DNA of 64,000 bases, from the NCBI GenBank assembly GCA_010093605.1, contig MU004182.1, positions 2,279,195 through 2,343,194 on the forward strand. The letters run 5' to 3'. The notes under the pieces are model-generated. The model searched no databases and was not told the DNA's origin. It saw only the letters and a list, made by a program, of their open reading frames with translations. The position numbers were made by a program, and so were the translations under genes. Of the stretch, positions 25,543 to 36,951 are shown in pieces. The first letter of the stretch is position 1. Each line of letters opens with the position of its first letter. The stretch is from Lophium mytilinum (lineage: Eukaryota).

Positions 25543-25665
25543 GCTATGTGTGTTGCATGAATGCCCAGGTGGGAAGTAACTAATTTAGAAGATGGTGGGG
25601 TGGGATGTAGTTTTGGTGATGGCGTTTGAGAGGTGCAGGTCGAGCCGACCGAGGTGTTTTTTGTC

Positions 25666-28600
25666 GAGTGATCTTATTTTACCTACGGCCAAGCACGCCA
25701 GGCCCCACGCCGGCGCGCGCACGGCTCACCACGCCGAGGTACGCCCGCGCACACAAATTTATATATAGAATTGTGCTGTGGCGTGTATGCATATATATTC
25801 ACTTAATTTCCTCTATTAAAGTAACTATGCCGCGCCCCTATATTAAGCCTTATTAGGGCCAGCTTACTAGCGAGCACTAGCTGCTATAGAACCCCCTAGA
25901 ACTTACTAATTAGCGTTAAAAGCTCTATAATATCGCCGCCCCTATTAAAATCTTAAATGCCGCCTTTAATTTATACTAGCTATACGTATCTAATATCTAG
26001 AAGTATATAAAAGACTATACTAGAAAGATAGATAACGCCTATATAAGGTTCTATAAGTGCCGCCTCTTTACTAAAATAAATAAATTCTCTAAGAAAAATG
26101 CTGCGAAGAATTCTAATAAAGAAATTAAGAGGTAGAAAAGAACCTATAATAGCAGCACCTACTTATATTCTATTTAGATAGAATAATATACTAGTTAAAC
26201 CTCTATATTCTAGAGTAATAGAGGCGGTAAGAGCTATTTATATACTCTTAATAGAATAGATTAGCTTAAGAGGAATAAGGGCCTTAGAAAATAGGTAGAA
26301 ATTAATATTATATATTAATCTGCACTATTTAATATACTTTTACAACTCTAAGAAACTTAATATTAACGGGATAGAAGGGCCTAATTAGTTGCTGCTAGCG
26401 GCGCGCATCTTATAGTGCAAGATATTATTAATTAGGGTAAATTCTAGAGAGTTAAGTATCTAGATCTTTATATTAAAGGCTATAATAATCCTTCTACCTA
26501 GTAGGTGTCCGCCGCTATTAAGTTTCTTAACTAAAATGGGTGGGTCTACTAGTAAATACGGGTTAATAAGCATAATATAGCTTAATAGGTAAAGAGGGCT
26601 ACTTTATATAATTCTTCTTCTAATAATATATCTATAGGTATAGTCTTCTACTATCTAGAGAGGCTAGAGGCTCTTAGAAAGTATAGCACGCTTATTCTTC
26701 TTAACTCTACGTATAAAATAAATAAGCTAAAATAGTATTTATATACCTTTATAGTGTAAGATACTATAGAAATATTTATTCTAGTAGCTTACCTTCTTAC
26801 TAATAGAGAGGACGCTAATATACTAGCAGTAGTAATAAGGGTTATTAAAGGCTAGTATAATAAAGGCTAGAGAGAGGCCTCTTAATAGGCACCACGTTAG
26901 TTTCTTATAGATAATTCCGCCGCTAAATAATTAGCTATAAAAATAGTATTTCTAGGCCTTTAAAAAGGAGAGTAAGAGGTAGAGTATCTTCTTTACTAGA
27001 TTTATTTACGCTGTACGCTTATTAGATATATAAAGAAAGAACTAATTTAGAAAGAAATATACTTAGCGTTATATTACTATTCTATAGAGACTATAGTATA
27101 GAAAGCTATAAAAAGAGCTATATTACTAGTATATAAGATTAAGGTTAAAAAGCCGGGGTAATATAATAAGATAATTATAGATATAATTGCCCCTACTAAG
27201 CGCAAGGTAAGCCGCTTTTCTAATTATTAATTACTTATATATATATTAAGAAATAGCTTATTAAGTATAGTATTATTAAAAATAGAAAGGCTGCGCAGCC
27301 TTTCTATTTTCTATATATATTATACTATAATATTTAGTCCTATATAGATCTTATTATAGTATAGAAAATTACTTTTTTACTTACTTAGCCTGTTCTATAG
27401 TATTTTTCCTGCGCGTACTTCTTATTATAAATATAAAACTTATATACTTATAGAGGAAAAAAGCACCTATACCCCCTCTAACTAACTACCTACCGGCCTC
27501 TATAGCACCTACCGCTTTACCTAGTTATTCTATTATAGTAAAAGAATAATATGCGCTATTACTATCTAGTTCTAGGGCTCTAGAACTATCTAAAAGTAAA
27601 TAGAGGAAGGTAAATTTTAACCTAGTTTAATACCTCTACTATAAGTAGTACCTAATACTCCCTTTATAGGTAAATTTTAAGCGCGCTTATATTTTATTAC
27701 TCCTCTAGATCGCAACTACTAATGTAAACAAGTTCTAGCACTATGCAATTAAAAAGAAGTCTTAAAATACTAAGAAAATAGCGGGCAAGCATTCCCTCTA
27801 GGGAATGCTAATAAATCTCTATAAAACTACACTATAATATAACTTACGTGCTACTAAAAGAATTACTTAATTATATTCTATATACCTACTAGAGGCCTAT
27901 TAATTTCTAGCTCTATAGTAATTTCCGGTGGTTATTTAGAAGAAAATAGTAGTAGAAATTAACCTAGCTAAGTAGTATATTAATAACAGTATTCCCCTTA
28001 AGAAATATAATAATAAGGTGCGTTATATATATAAATTCTTTAAAAGGTATAAGCTACTATACTACTATATATAGTAGAGAGAGATTCTCTATAAAATACT
28101 TAAGAAATTCTATTAGAAGGACTATGCCTATATATTTAAGAATGCCGGCCTAGAGATATACTAAAGCTAGGGCCTATAGTATATATAGCAGGCATAACGT
28201 AAAGAGAAAGTAGAGAAGTAGATAGCTAAGAATAGATAGACTCTAAGAGTATATAAGTAATAGAATATACTATATTCTTAGTAGTTTAATCTTATAGAGA
28301 AGAGTAAAACTATACCCTTAGAGAGCTAATTTAACTATAGAAATAAGTAGATAGATAGCCTTAGGCAGGCTGTAGGCCCCCTTATAAGAGGGAGCGCATA
28401 TAAGTAGCTTTTCTTAATAGATTTCTACAGCGTACTTAATACTAAAAATATATTTTCTAAAGGGGAGACTTAGAATAAGCTTAATAGTAAGAAATAGAAG
28501 GCTAGCGGCCTTAATTAGGGTAAATAGACTAGCCTAGAGCATAATCTTAACTATATTTAGATAGAGAATCTTAGAATAAGCTTAGATAAAGAGGAATTAG

Positions 28601-28872
28601 ATAATTCCGGCACTAAAAATAAGCTAGAAAGGGAGTTTAATAACATGTACTATAGGGAAAGTAGAGAGGATAAGTAGAAATACTATAAAATTAATATATA
28701 TAGCTATTTTTATAGATTTTTAGGGCCTTACAGCATTAAGCTTATATGTATATATGCTATAGCATAATTCTATATACAAATTTGTGTGCGCGGGCGTACC
28801 TCGGCGTGGTGAGCCGTGCGCGCGCCGGCGTGGGGCCTGGCGTGCTTGGCCGTAGGTAAAATAAGATCACTC
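25666..28872 (+). mobile_element. Mutator-like (MULE) DNA transposon, 3207 bp, RIP-inactivated
   Basis: TIRs GAG...CTC of ~130 bp (outer 95 bp identical). 9-bp TSD TTTTTTGTC at 25657-25665 and 28873-28881. Interior is very AT/TpA-rich. Confidence 0.95.
25830..28680 (+). pseudogene. RIP-degraded MULE DDE transposase (boundaries approximate)
   Basis: The + strand near 26690-27030 reads FFNSTYKINKLK*YLYTFIV*D...VAYLLTNRED...FLIDNSAAK*LA...YLLY*IY, reversible by transitions to DSTHKTN...TDDSAAEQ...HLLCxxH. TTNVNKF*H near 27715 resembles the catalytic TTNxxESWH. Confidence 0.8.
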
Positions 28873-28949
28873 TTTTTTGTCCTTGACGACACCACTGTTC
28901 CTGCATCACAGCATCTAAGTTTTATGCTTTGTGCAACAAATCGTCAAGC

Positions 28950-29511
28950 ATGAAGCCCACGACGAAACTGTTTGCGACCGTGTCTGGTCAGGCGACGAAG
29001 TCTCTAAGGCCAACGCAGATGGCGCTGCTGCCGCCGATCCCGCTCTACCGGCGGTTGTTTAGGGTGCATAGGAATCATTTACCACGAGAGGCGCGTTTGC
29101 TGGGAGATGAGTATATAAAGGCCGAGTTTAGGGCACATCAGAAGATTGATAATCCGGTGCATATTGTGAGTAGATTCCTTGCGGACAACGTCCCTGGATA
29201 CTGCTGATTCCGAGCAGATCGGCTTCCTGACAGAATGGCAAAATTATGCGCAATTGGTTGAAGGAGGGACTTGGAGGGGAGAAAAAATCGACAAGCAGAA
29301 GATTGAGAAGATGAGTGGTAAGTAGCCTTTTCTCTCCCTTCATTTCCCTAACGACCATGTACGTCACCGTCTTCAACACGCGAAGCTGTTCCTCATGCCG
29401 AGGCTGATCTCAACCGCAGACCAACAAATTGGACAGCTCTACGAGTTGATGCAAGCTATCCGGAAGCAAGACCTCATCGACAACGACCCGGAGTACGATC
29501 CGGACAAGTGA
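28950..29511 (+). CDS. SDH7: Succinate dehydrogenase assembly factor 3 (Sdh7/ACN9, LYR family); introns ~29167-29217 and ~29318-29420
   Basis: LLPPIPLYRRLFRVHR, LGDEYIKAEFRAH, NPVHI|IGFLTEWQNYA, KMS|DQQIGQLYELMQA. Confidence 0.92.
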
Positions 29512-29970
29512 ATATGGTGCGTAGATGCCCGAAGCTCAATTGACATGCTGTATAGCTGATGGCCACGATAGGTGCCCTGAGTCTTCACTACGCAGCGTCA
29601 CGAAGACACCACGCGGCGTCACAACAACACCAACACTATACCAGTTCATGCGGTTGCCATTGGAGCTGTATGCCAGCGCATCGATATCTTCACTCCTCCG
29701 CAGATGCGATCTACCTATATTAAAAGCCTTGGCCTCGTCCCTGTTATAGCGTTTCCCAGACCATTGAATACACACCACCGTACGCCGTTCGAGCCTCTCC
29801 GCAGAGCCGTTCGCTCCCTCATACCCGGGTTTCTGAGACACCCCAGGGCACCATACGCCGCAATAGAAATTTGTATACGGAACCACGAAAACGTCGGACG
29901 TTGCTGATCGTGGACGAAGCATTGCCTATTTCCGGAGCTCATTTCTTTGCCAAAACACTCCAATTCAGAA

Positions 29971-30366
29971 ATGTGCCACTGCGTTCAGAACCTGTCCCCA
30001 TCGTGCCCACACGCCTGGCTTGAACTCATCGACCCCTGCTACCCAGGCCAGAACCTCAACACCTGTCCACGTTTTCAAGACGGCTCCTTGTCAATCGTCA
30101 GTCGCCTACCTCCTTTCAGAAAGAAGTGGGCCCCTCCAGGATGTTGTCCGCGGTGTAATCTGGGCACGTACGATGGCAGAGTTACGAAGATGATTGTCCG
30201 GGAGAGTCACGGTTGTAAGCTTGGGAGGAGTCCGCCACGGCCGCCACCGAGGTCGAGGCGTGGATATGGGTATGGGTATGGGGACGACTATGGATACGGG
30301 TACAGGGGCCGCGGATCTGGATATAGGGAGCCTCAATATGGAGGTGGCTGTTGTGTTATCATGTGA
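29971..30366 (+). CDS. Small Cys-rich protein with GY repeats and a C-terminal CaaX motif (CCVIM)
   Basis: 131-aa ORF: MCHC...CPHAW...C...C...CCPRC, then GYGYGYGDDYGYGY, ending GGGCCVIM*. Confidence 0.65.
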   Translation: MCHCVQNLSPSCPHAWLELIDPCYPGQNLNTCPRFQDGSLSIVSRLPPFRKKWAPPGCCPRCNLGTYDGRVTKMIVRESHGCKLGRSPPRPPPRSRRGYGYGYGDDYGYGYRGRGSGYREPQYGGGCCVIM

Positions 30367-31111
30367 TTTTGCGGGCTTCATTTTCGGGGTTATGTGGATG
30401 AGATGCCATATCTTTGACTAGGGCCCTGGCGGGCCAAGTTACAGGAATATACTATTCTAGACTACTGAGACCATGTACAAAGCTATCTAAGGTATAGTAG
30501 TAACGATATGCACCAAAATCAACCAATTTACATCAATCTTCACCGAAGCCTCGCCTTCTAATCTACCTACTTGAAGATGAATCTATGTCGGTTCTAATTC
30601 GACCTCAAACGATTTCTCAATGCCATTATCTTACTCAATTCTATCCAGCATATGCTAATGACGTGACGCTGGCAAGTCGAATCGGGACTGGCCGGAGCAG
30701 AGGACGCCAGCTCTCCGAGAACCACATGCCCCGCGACATGCAACACCACGTCAGGGCTCTCTCGCGCGCATCGTCACCACTACACCCACGCTTCCTGTTC
30801 TTCCTCCCGATACCCCCGGCCCTCGAATCATATCCCACAAGCAACACGAACGTAACCGGCGACGTTGCAATAAACGTGGTCTCAACTGCTCAGGCAACAG
30901 CGGCGCAGTCGCGATTCCTACTTAGCTCGAGCTATCGCATCCGCAGCACTACACGCTACGATACTGCACAACACGAGTCTTACAGCATTCGCACAGCTTT
31001 ACACCGCATAAACACACATACCAAGCCGCGATTAAGCGCGACATAGTTCTATCTGTTACTTATCCCCGCTACCAAGTATAAACAAACCCCGCCACCACAA
31101 CAACAGCCAAC

Positions 31112-31738
31112 ATGGCTTCGTTCTTCGAAAACCTCTGGGCCTCGGTCTTCACGCCAGGCCCCACTCCGACCCTCCTGCTCGCCACCAACGCCTCCTTCGC
31201 CGCACTGCAGGTCCTCCTCCTCGCCCTCCTCCTCGCTACGTACAGCATCCACTTTGTGATTCTGTCTGGTCTGACTGCGGGGCTGTGGTGGGCGATCAAC
31301 TGGTTCGCAGGCGAGCTACGCGCTGCGCAGGAGAAGGAAGAGGCAGCGAAGCGGATACGGGATGCGCGGCGCGAGCGGGGCAAGGGGAAAGAGGGCCCTG
31401 GGAGTGATGGGGGCGAGGCAATGGATAGTGGGGACGATACGGAGGTGGATGCGGAAGAGGAGAGGAAGAAGGGGAAGAAAGGGGGGAAGGTCAAGGGGGA
31501 GAGGCAGAGCGGAGGCCTTGCGGCAACAGGGGGGCAGAGGAAGGAGAGCAGCCCCCCGGCGCAGTATACGGAGGTTAGTGGAGGCGCGGCTGGGGCGGGG
31601 ACGACGGTGGCCAAGGCGAGTCTGAGTCCGTTAGTTGAGCAGGTCGCGAAGAGGAGGAGTGCTGGGGAGAGCACGGGGGAGTTGAGCACGGATAGTGAGT
31701 GGGAAAAGGTTTCGGAGGAGGGGTCGCGGGAGAGATAG
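31112..31738 (+). CDS. PKR1: ER V-ATPase assembly factor Pkr1
   Basis: MASFFENLWASVFTPGPTPTLLLATN, SIHF..LS....GLWWAINWF..EL and C-terminal STDSEWEKV. Confidence 0.9.
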   Translation: MASFFENLWASVFTPGPTPTLLLATNASFAALQVLLLALLLATYSIHFVILSGLTAGLWWAINWFAGELRAAQEKEEAAKRIRDARRERGKGKEGPGSDGGEAMDSGDDTEVDAEEERKKGKKGGKVKGERQSGGLAATGGQRKESSPPAQYTEVSGGAAGAGTTVAKASLSPLVEQVAKRRSAGESTGELSTDSEWEKVSEEGSRER

Positions 31739-32132
31739 GGTGGGGTTGCTGAACAGAGATCTAGGGAGCGAACTTAGATGCGTTGGATTTGGTTTCGGAT
31801 ACCGTTGCGCTGTCTTAATGTAAGGAGCTACGTAGATCACATACCCCCGAGTCTTTATTAGTATTCATCAAGCTGTTACCATGTGGAAATACTGTCGATT
31901 CTTACTCCACCATCTTAACTTAGTGCTGCGCCGCTCGAAATACCTTCTGAACCTTGTAAGAAACCTGTCTTATCAAACTATGTCTAATGGTTACATCCAC
32001 TTTGCTCGAGCGCGCGATGCCTTCTCCCCGCCATTTATTTGACACTTCAAGAGTCGCCTCCAATTCAGGTTCACTCCCTCTTCAAGCTTCATCCCTAGCT
32101 TCTCATTTACCATCACCTCAGTTTGGGAACCC

Positions 32133-32869
32133 TTACTCTTCACTCACCAACCCGGAAAGCCTAAATACACCCCAGCCACACTTCTCCTCCGCCCATTCCC
32201 TTAGGTCTATATCCACATACCCCGTCTCTTCAAACCCTAACTCCAGAAACGACCGCCTCATCTGCGGCTCCGAGCACACAAACACCGGAACCCCCGCCTG
32301 CTTTCCCTTTTCAAGTAACAGCTTCATCAAGCTCGACCAAATCCCCCGTCCCCGATGAGATGGTCTAACATAGCTATGCGTCAACGCTACACTGCCGCAT
32401 TAACCACACGCTCTCAACACGCATGAGAATACCGCGCATATGATGGTAAAGACTCACTCAAATAATCCACACCCCTCCCCTCAACCCCCCCCTCAAGCTC
32501 CCTCGCAGCGCTCATGACGCGCTCGCTCACCTCCGGGACGATATACTCCGGTACACCCCCCTTCGTCACCCCCTCTCCCTCCGCTCTCCTTACTTTCTCC
32601 TTTCCGGCCTTGCGCGTCGTTACGAGGTGTCCAACGATCTCCCCCGTCTCGTCATCAACGACCTTCAGCAGCTTGCTCCCCGAGGCTTGGAATGATGCCT
32701 CAACGGCTTTGGTGGAGTGCGCCAGCTGGATTGCTTCATTGGGCCAGTCTTTGAATAGGAAGCGGTTTATGGCTAGGGGGAGCTTGGAGGCCGCGACGAA
32801 CGAGGAGATGGTTGGGATGTCGGGGGTGGTGATGGGGTGGATGGAGTAGCCTGGGAGGAGGATAGACAT
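32133..32869 (-). CDS. GNAT-family N-acetyltransferase (one intron, ~32388-32457)
   Basis: KVVDDETGEIVG, acetyl-CoA motif YVRPSHRGRGI, and FLELGF. Confidence 0.75.
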
Positions 32870-34145
32870 TCTTGATGCTTGGCGAGACTGAAAGATTGCT
32901 TGCGATGAAATAGGTAGCTCTTTTGTGTTCTTTCGTTCAGGGCATTGCGGGGGTTAAATGGTTTCTTGGGTGTTCGCGAGGAATTAGGCAACGAAATTCC
33001 GTTGCGGATTATAGAGCTAGGTGGCAAAGAGACGTCAGGTATTGCGCGTTTCATTCAGGCTGCTGCCGATTAAATGGGAGGACTGCTTTAGTGCTGATTT
33101 TGAAAGCGTTCTATCTGCTTGCGTGATATTTTGAGAGATGGTGTTTCCTCAAAATCTATGCTTTGATTCGTGGATCATGTAATGGTAGACAATAGGAAAG
33201 GGTTACCCGAAGCTTGCCACTAGCCCAACCACCTCCATCCTATGTAAATGCAATACAAAACCGTGCCGTAATGGAGTTAGGAGAAGGAAAGGAGTGCAGG
33301 ACCGAAAGCTGTAGCCTAAACTGAGAAGGATGATGTGACTATTTCGAAGTAGTTGGGAGCATTAGCAGAAGATGAGTGGACATTTTGAACCTTCCTTCGA
33401 TTGACTTTTGGACAGATGAAAGGTTCCCATGCCTTACCAATAAGCAGTGTACCGGATCCAGATCCATCCACTTGGAGATGGTCACGTGATATATTCACCT
33501 GCGACAGATATCATCACATTCAATATGGATAGTACGCTTATCAACCGCAGCCTGCGCATCGAACCAAGTTGACATACGCAATGGAGCTGAGCGGTGGATA
33601 ACGATAGGGAGTATGCATATGAACATGAAAAGCCATAACTAGCAGCACTGCTTCTAGCTTTTATCTTGTTTACCACGAGAGAAATCGGACTATCTTTGGG
33701 GTGTCAAAGATGCTACAAGAGACACTGTAAGGCGACTGGGCAAAGTTTCTGATAAGTGCTGCTATTCTGGATCTGAAAAGCTAAGCCAGCTCAGATTGGT
33801 TTGCATGCTTTTCGACGTTGGATTCAGTAATATTGATCCTGAATCAAGCCCGAAACGCAGTCAGTCGAGGATTGCCGTAGTACTAGGGGCCATCTGCATT
33901 GACTCGGAGGTTTAGCCAGCTGTTTCATGGAGGCGACAGGTTTTTATGTAATAAAGGAGAAACCGGTGGAGTTGGTTAGCATATTGATGGTGATGGTGAT
34001 GGCTAAAAAGGAGGAGAGTTTCGGTACTACGATTAGTCACGTGCAAGGCTACGCTCAGGAAAGACTAGGCTAGTTCGGACTACGTGTCCACGTTTCCCTC
34101 TCCTTCAGCATCACCTATCATCAAAACTTACCCCCGAGACTATTC

Positions 34146-35443
34146 ATGTCCACTCGGGTTGATGCGGATAAAGGCTCCCAGCTAAGATGGGCAACAAATA
34201 CTCCCAGAAAAGCTTGCGAACCATGTCAAATGACAAAACGGTGATGTACTCTCGAAAAGTCTGCGTGCTCGCGATGCATGTCGAAGAGTCTGCATTGCCG
34301 CTACAACGTCCACTCAAGATCAAGCACTAGCCATAGGCTTGTCACGGAGAACTTGTCGCATTGGCCGAGTCCATTTCGGCTGGTCTCTTCGTCCAACGTT
34401 TCAGATACCCTTGGTCTTGCTAAAGCTAACATCAACGGTAACGCGGGTTACAAGCCTCCCGATGCTCAGAGAGTACACTGTGCCATACTCGACTCTACGC
34501 AGATCAGTCTGGCTTCCACACTTGCTAGCCTCCAGATTAGGAGCCGGTGGATGGAAACGTTTGTTCCCTCTTCGAATCAGACACCTAAGACCCTCCAGCC
34601 ATACACAGTGCAGTATCTCTCATGTGTCTTAGCGGCATACTCTAAATCTATGACTTCTTCGGAGAAGTATCCTCCTATCATCCATCGTCTTCAAGTTGAA
34701 ACCGAGCAACTCTCGTTGACTTTGGCAACCTGTTATCGCCTAGTTCTTCAATGGGACTATTGCAGAAAAACCCCTAGTAACGTGGCAAAAGTAACGGAAG
34801 ATGTACAACTAGAGATGCAGCGGCTGCTGAACGAAGTACGTGATGTTTCAACTACCCAGTCCAGAGCTCGTTATTAAGAGCGAGGCAGTATCAGACCTCC
34901 ACTCAAATTAAGTTTCTCGCGGCGTTCCAAGCCTACCTCCTATACTCAATAATGGCCTTCTTACCGCCACTCCCTAATACCCAAATCGTGGGCCATTCGA
35001 CTTTCGTCTCATTACAAGAGATGGCCAGTAACGCGTCCGCCACCGGACTCGCCTGTACCGCAGAGCTATCCCAGACTCGCCCGACATGGGAGACATGGAT
35101 AGTGGCATCTGCGAAAAGACGTACGATATATGCGTCGTACCTGTTCAACAATGTTTTCAACGCAATCAATGGAGTCGGCACCTACCTAGCAGACGAATTA
35201 ACTGGTCTACCTTTACCAGCCACTAAAGCGCTCTGGGAGTGCCAAAATCGAGTCCACTGGGAAAGTGAGTACGATACGTACCTTGGATCCTGGAAAGACG
35301 GAGAGATTCAGATTGCCGAGCTATGGCGATCGGAAGCAACAGGTTCCCCAGAGCGGCGAGAGCGAGTTGAACGATGGGTTCACGCTGCGGATGAATTTAG
35401 GATGACTCTATTTGCGGTTTGTTGCCATATTCACGGCTGCTAA
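34146..35443 (+). pseudogene. Zn(II)2Cys6 transcription factor with in-frame TGA at 34242-34244; intron ~34836-34888
   Basis: RKACEPCQMTKR*CTLEKSACSRCMSKSLHC; downstream RPTWETWIVASAKRRT and ELTGLPLPATKALWE typical of fungal C6 factors. Confidence 0.75.
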
Positions 35444-35490
35444 TGAAGGGTATATATGTCTTCTATGGTTGAACCGAGACTTGTGAATAT

Positions 35491-36951
35491 CTATGATCTC
35501 TCTAGCTTTTCTCTTTTCAGCCTCTTCTTAGCCCCATATCTTGATTGGATGACAACTAAGCCCAAAGACAGAACTAATATCCCAGCTAGCATCGTGAATT
35601 CCCAACCAACGCCCATTCCATTCGCTATCGGAACTACCGCCGCAGTACCACCAGCTCCCATCAAACACCTCGCTAAGTTCAACGCGGCCGTTGCTGAAGC
35701 GCTACGTGTCGAGTATATATCCACCAACAACGTCGTTATCACAGACTGCGTGGCGCATGACGACCAGCCCATCACAAAAGTACATATGATTGGCACGGAG
35801 ATGTGAACCTTGTTCTGTAAAGTCCAGCCAAACACCACGGTCGCAGCTATCTGCATAGCGGCCCAGAGCCAGATCGTTCGCAACCGAGCATGTTCTAGCG
35901 GAAAGTCTTCCGCGTTTCCAGTGAAGCTGTTTTTGATTCGTCGGTAATCGAAGTCCAGGAATTTTCCGGTAGTCATTGTGCCCACGATACACCCAACTCC
36001 ATTCGCAATGTACGTCAAGCCAATCTCAATTTGGGACAGGCCATAGGTCTCATGAAAGAAGGTCGACAGTGCCGTTATAGTCATCTGCCATACCGTGTAG
36101 TAAATCGAGAGGAAAATGATGATCCAGGTTACCTCGCCTCCGAATACGATTCGCAACGGCCCGGTGAAATCTAGCTGCAATCTCTTTCGGGAAGGAGCAC
36201 CACTCAAGGTCCGGGAAAGCTCTAATTCGGTCTCATCGTGTCGACGCAATTGCAAGTATGCAATCAGAGACTGTCCAAGGCCTTTCGCCGGTATGGAGCC
36301 ATTGCCGACGAGCGATCGCAGGGTCTCTGGGAGGAAGACCACCAGAAATATCAAGAAGGTGCCACTAAAGATGGTCAAGAACCAGAATATGGCCCTCCAG
36401 CCAAGCGTTCCTGCAAAGATCCCGCCCAAGATCGGACCGCCTGCAGTAGGAAACAGTAGTCCGGCCTGGTAGAAGCCCATATATCCACCTCTTTCTTCTC
36501 GCGTCGTAATGTCACCAATCACGCCCGCTCCAATTGCAATCGTACTCGCACTTCCAGTACTCTGCAGGCAGCGTAGAATGACGAGTTGGTAGTAATGTGT
36601 TGTCTCTGCGAGGCCAATGCATGCTGAGAAGAATACCAAGAATGTGCAAATATAGGTTACGCGGCGGCCTTGGACATCGGCAATGGCCCCCCAGAGGGTC
36701 GGCGACAGACCCTGAAATATCATGTACGACGTCACCGTCAAATTGATGAGCTCTGGCGCTACACCGAAGTCCGCAGCAATCGTAGGAATCGATGGATTGT
36801 AGATATTGGAGGCGAGACCAGAAAATGACGCCGCTACCGATACAATGATGGTGATAACCGTCTTTTGGCCTGTCGTAAATATTGAATACGGGACCTGGGG
36901 CGCCGGGGGTGCTTCGGGCTGGGACTCGAGTTTCATCTCGTTTTCAGCCAT
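35491..36951 (-). CDS. MFS drug:H+ antiporter (DHA1, QDR-like), intronless
   Basis: NIYNPSIP, INLTVTSYMIFQGLSP, ADVQGRR, ERGGYMG, GWRAIFWFL and LPETL; ~12 hydrophobic segments. Confidence 0.93.
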   Translation of the reverse strand: MAENEMKLESQPEAPPAPQVPYSIFTTGQKTVITIIVSVAASFSGLASNIYNPSIPTIAADFGVAPELINLTVTSYMIFQGLSPTLWGAIADVQGRRVTYICTFLVFFSACIGLAETTHYYQLVILRCLQSTGSASTIAIGAGVIGDITTREERGGYMGFYQAGLLFPTAGGPILGGIFAGTLGWRAIFWFLTIFSGTFLIFLVVFLPETLRSLVGNGSIPAKGLGQSLIAYLQLRRHDETELELSRTLSGAPSRKRLQLDFTGPLRIVFGGEVTWIIIFLSIYYTVWQMTITALSTFFHETYGLSQIEIGLTYIANGVGCIVGTMTTGKFLDFDYRRIKNSFTGNAEDFPLEHARLRTIWLWAAMQIAATVVFGWTLQNKVHISVPIICTFVMGWSSCATQSVITTLLVDIYSTRSASATAALNLARCLMGAGGTAAVVPIANGMGVGWEFTMLAGILVLSLGLVVIQSRYGAKKRLKREKLERS

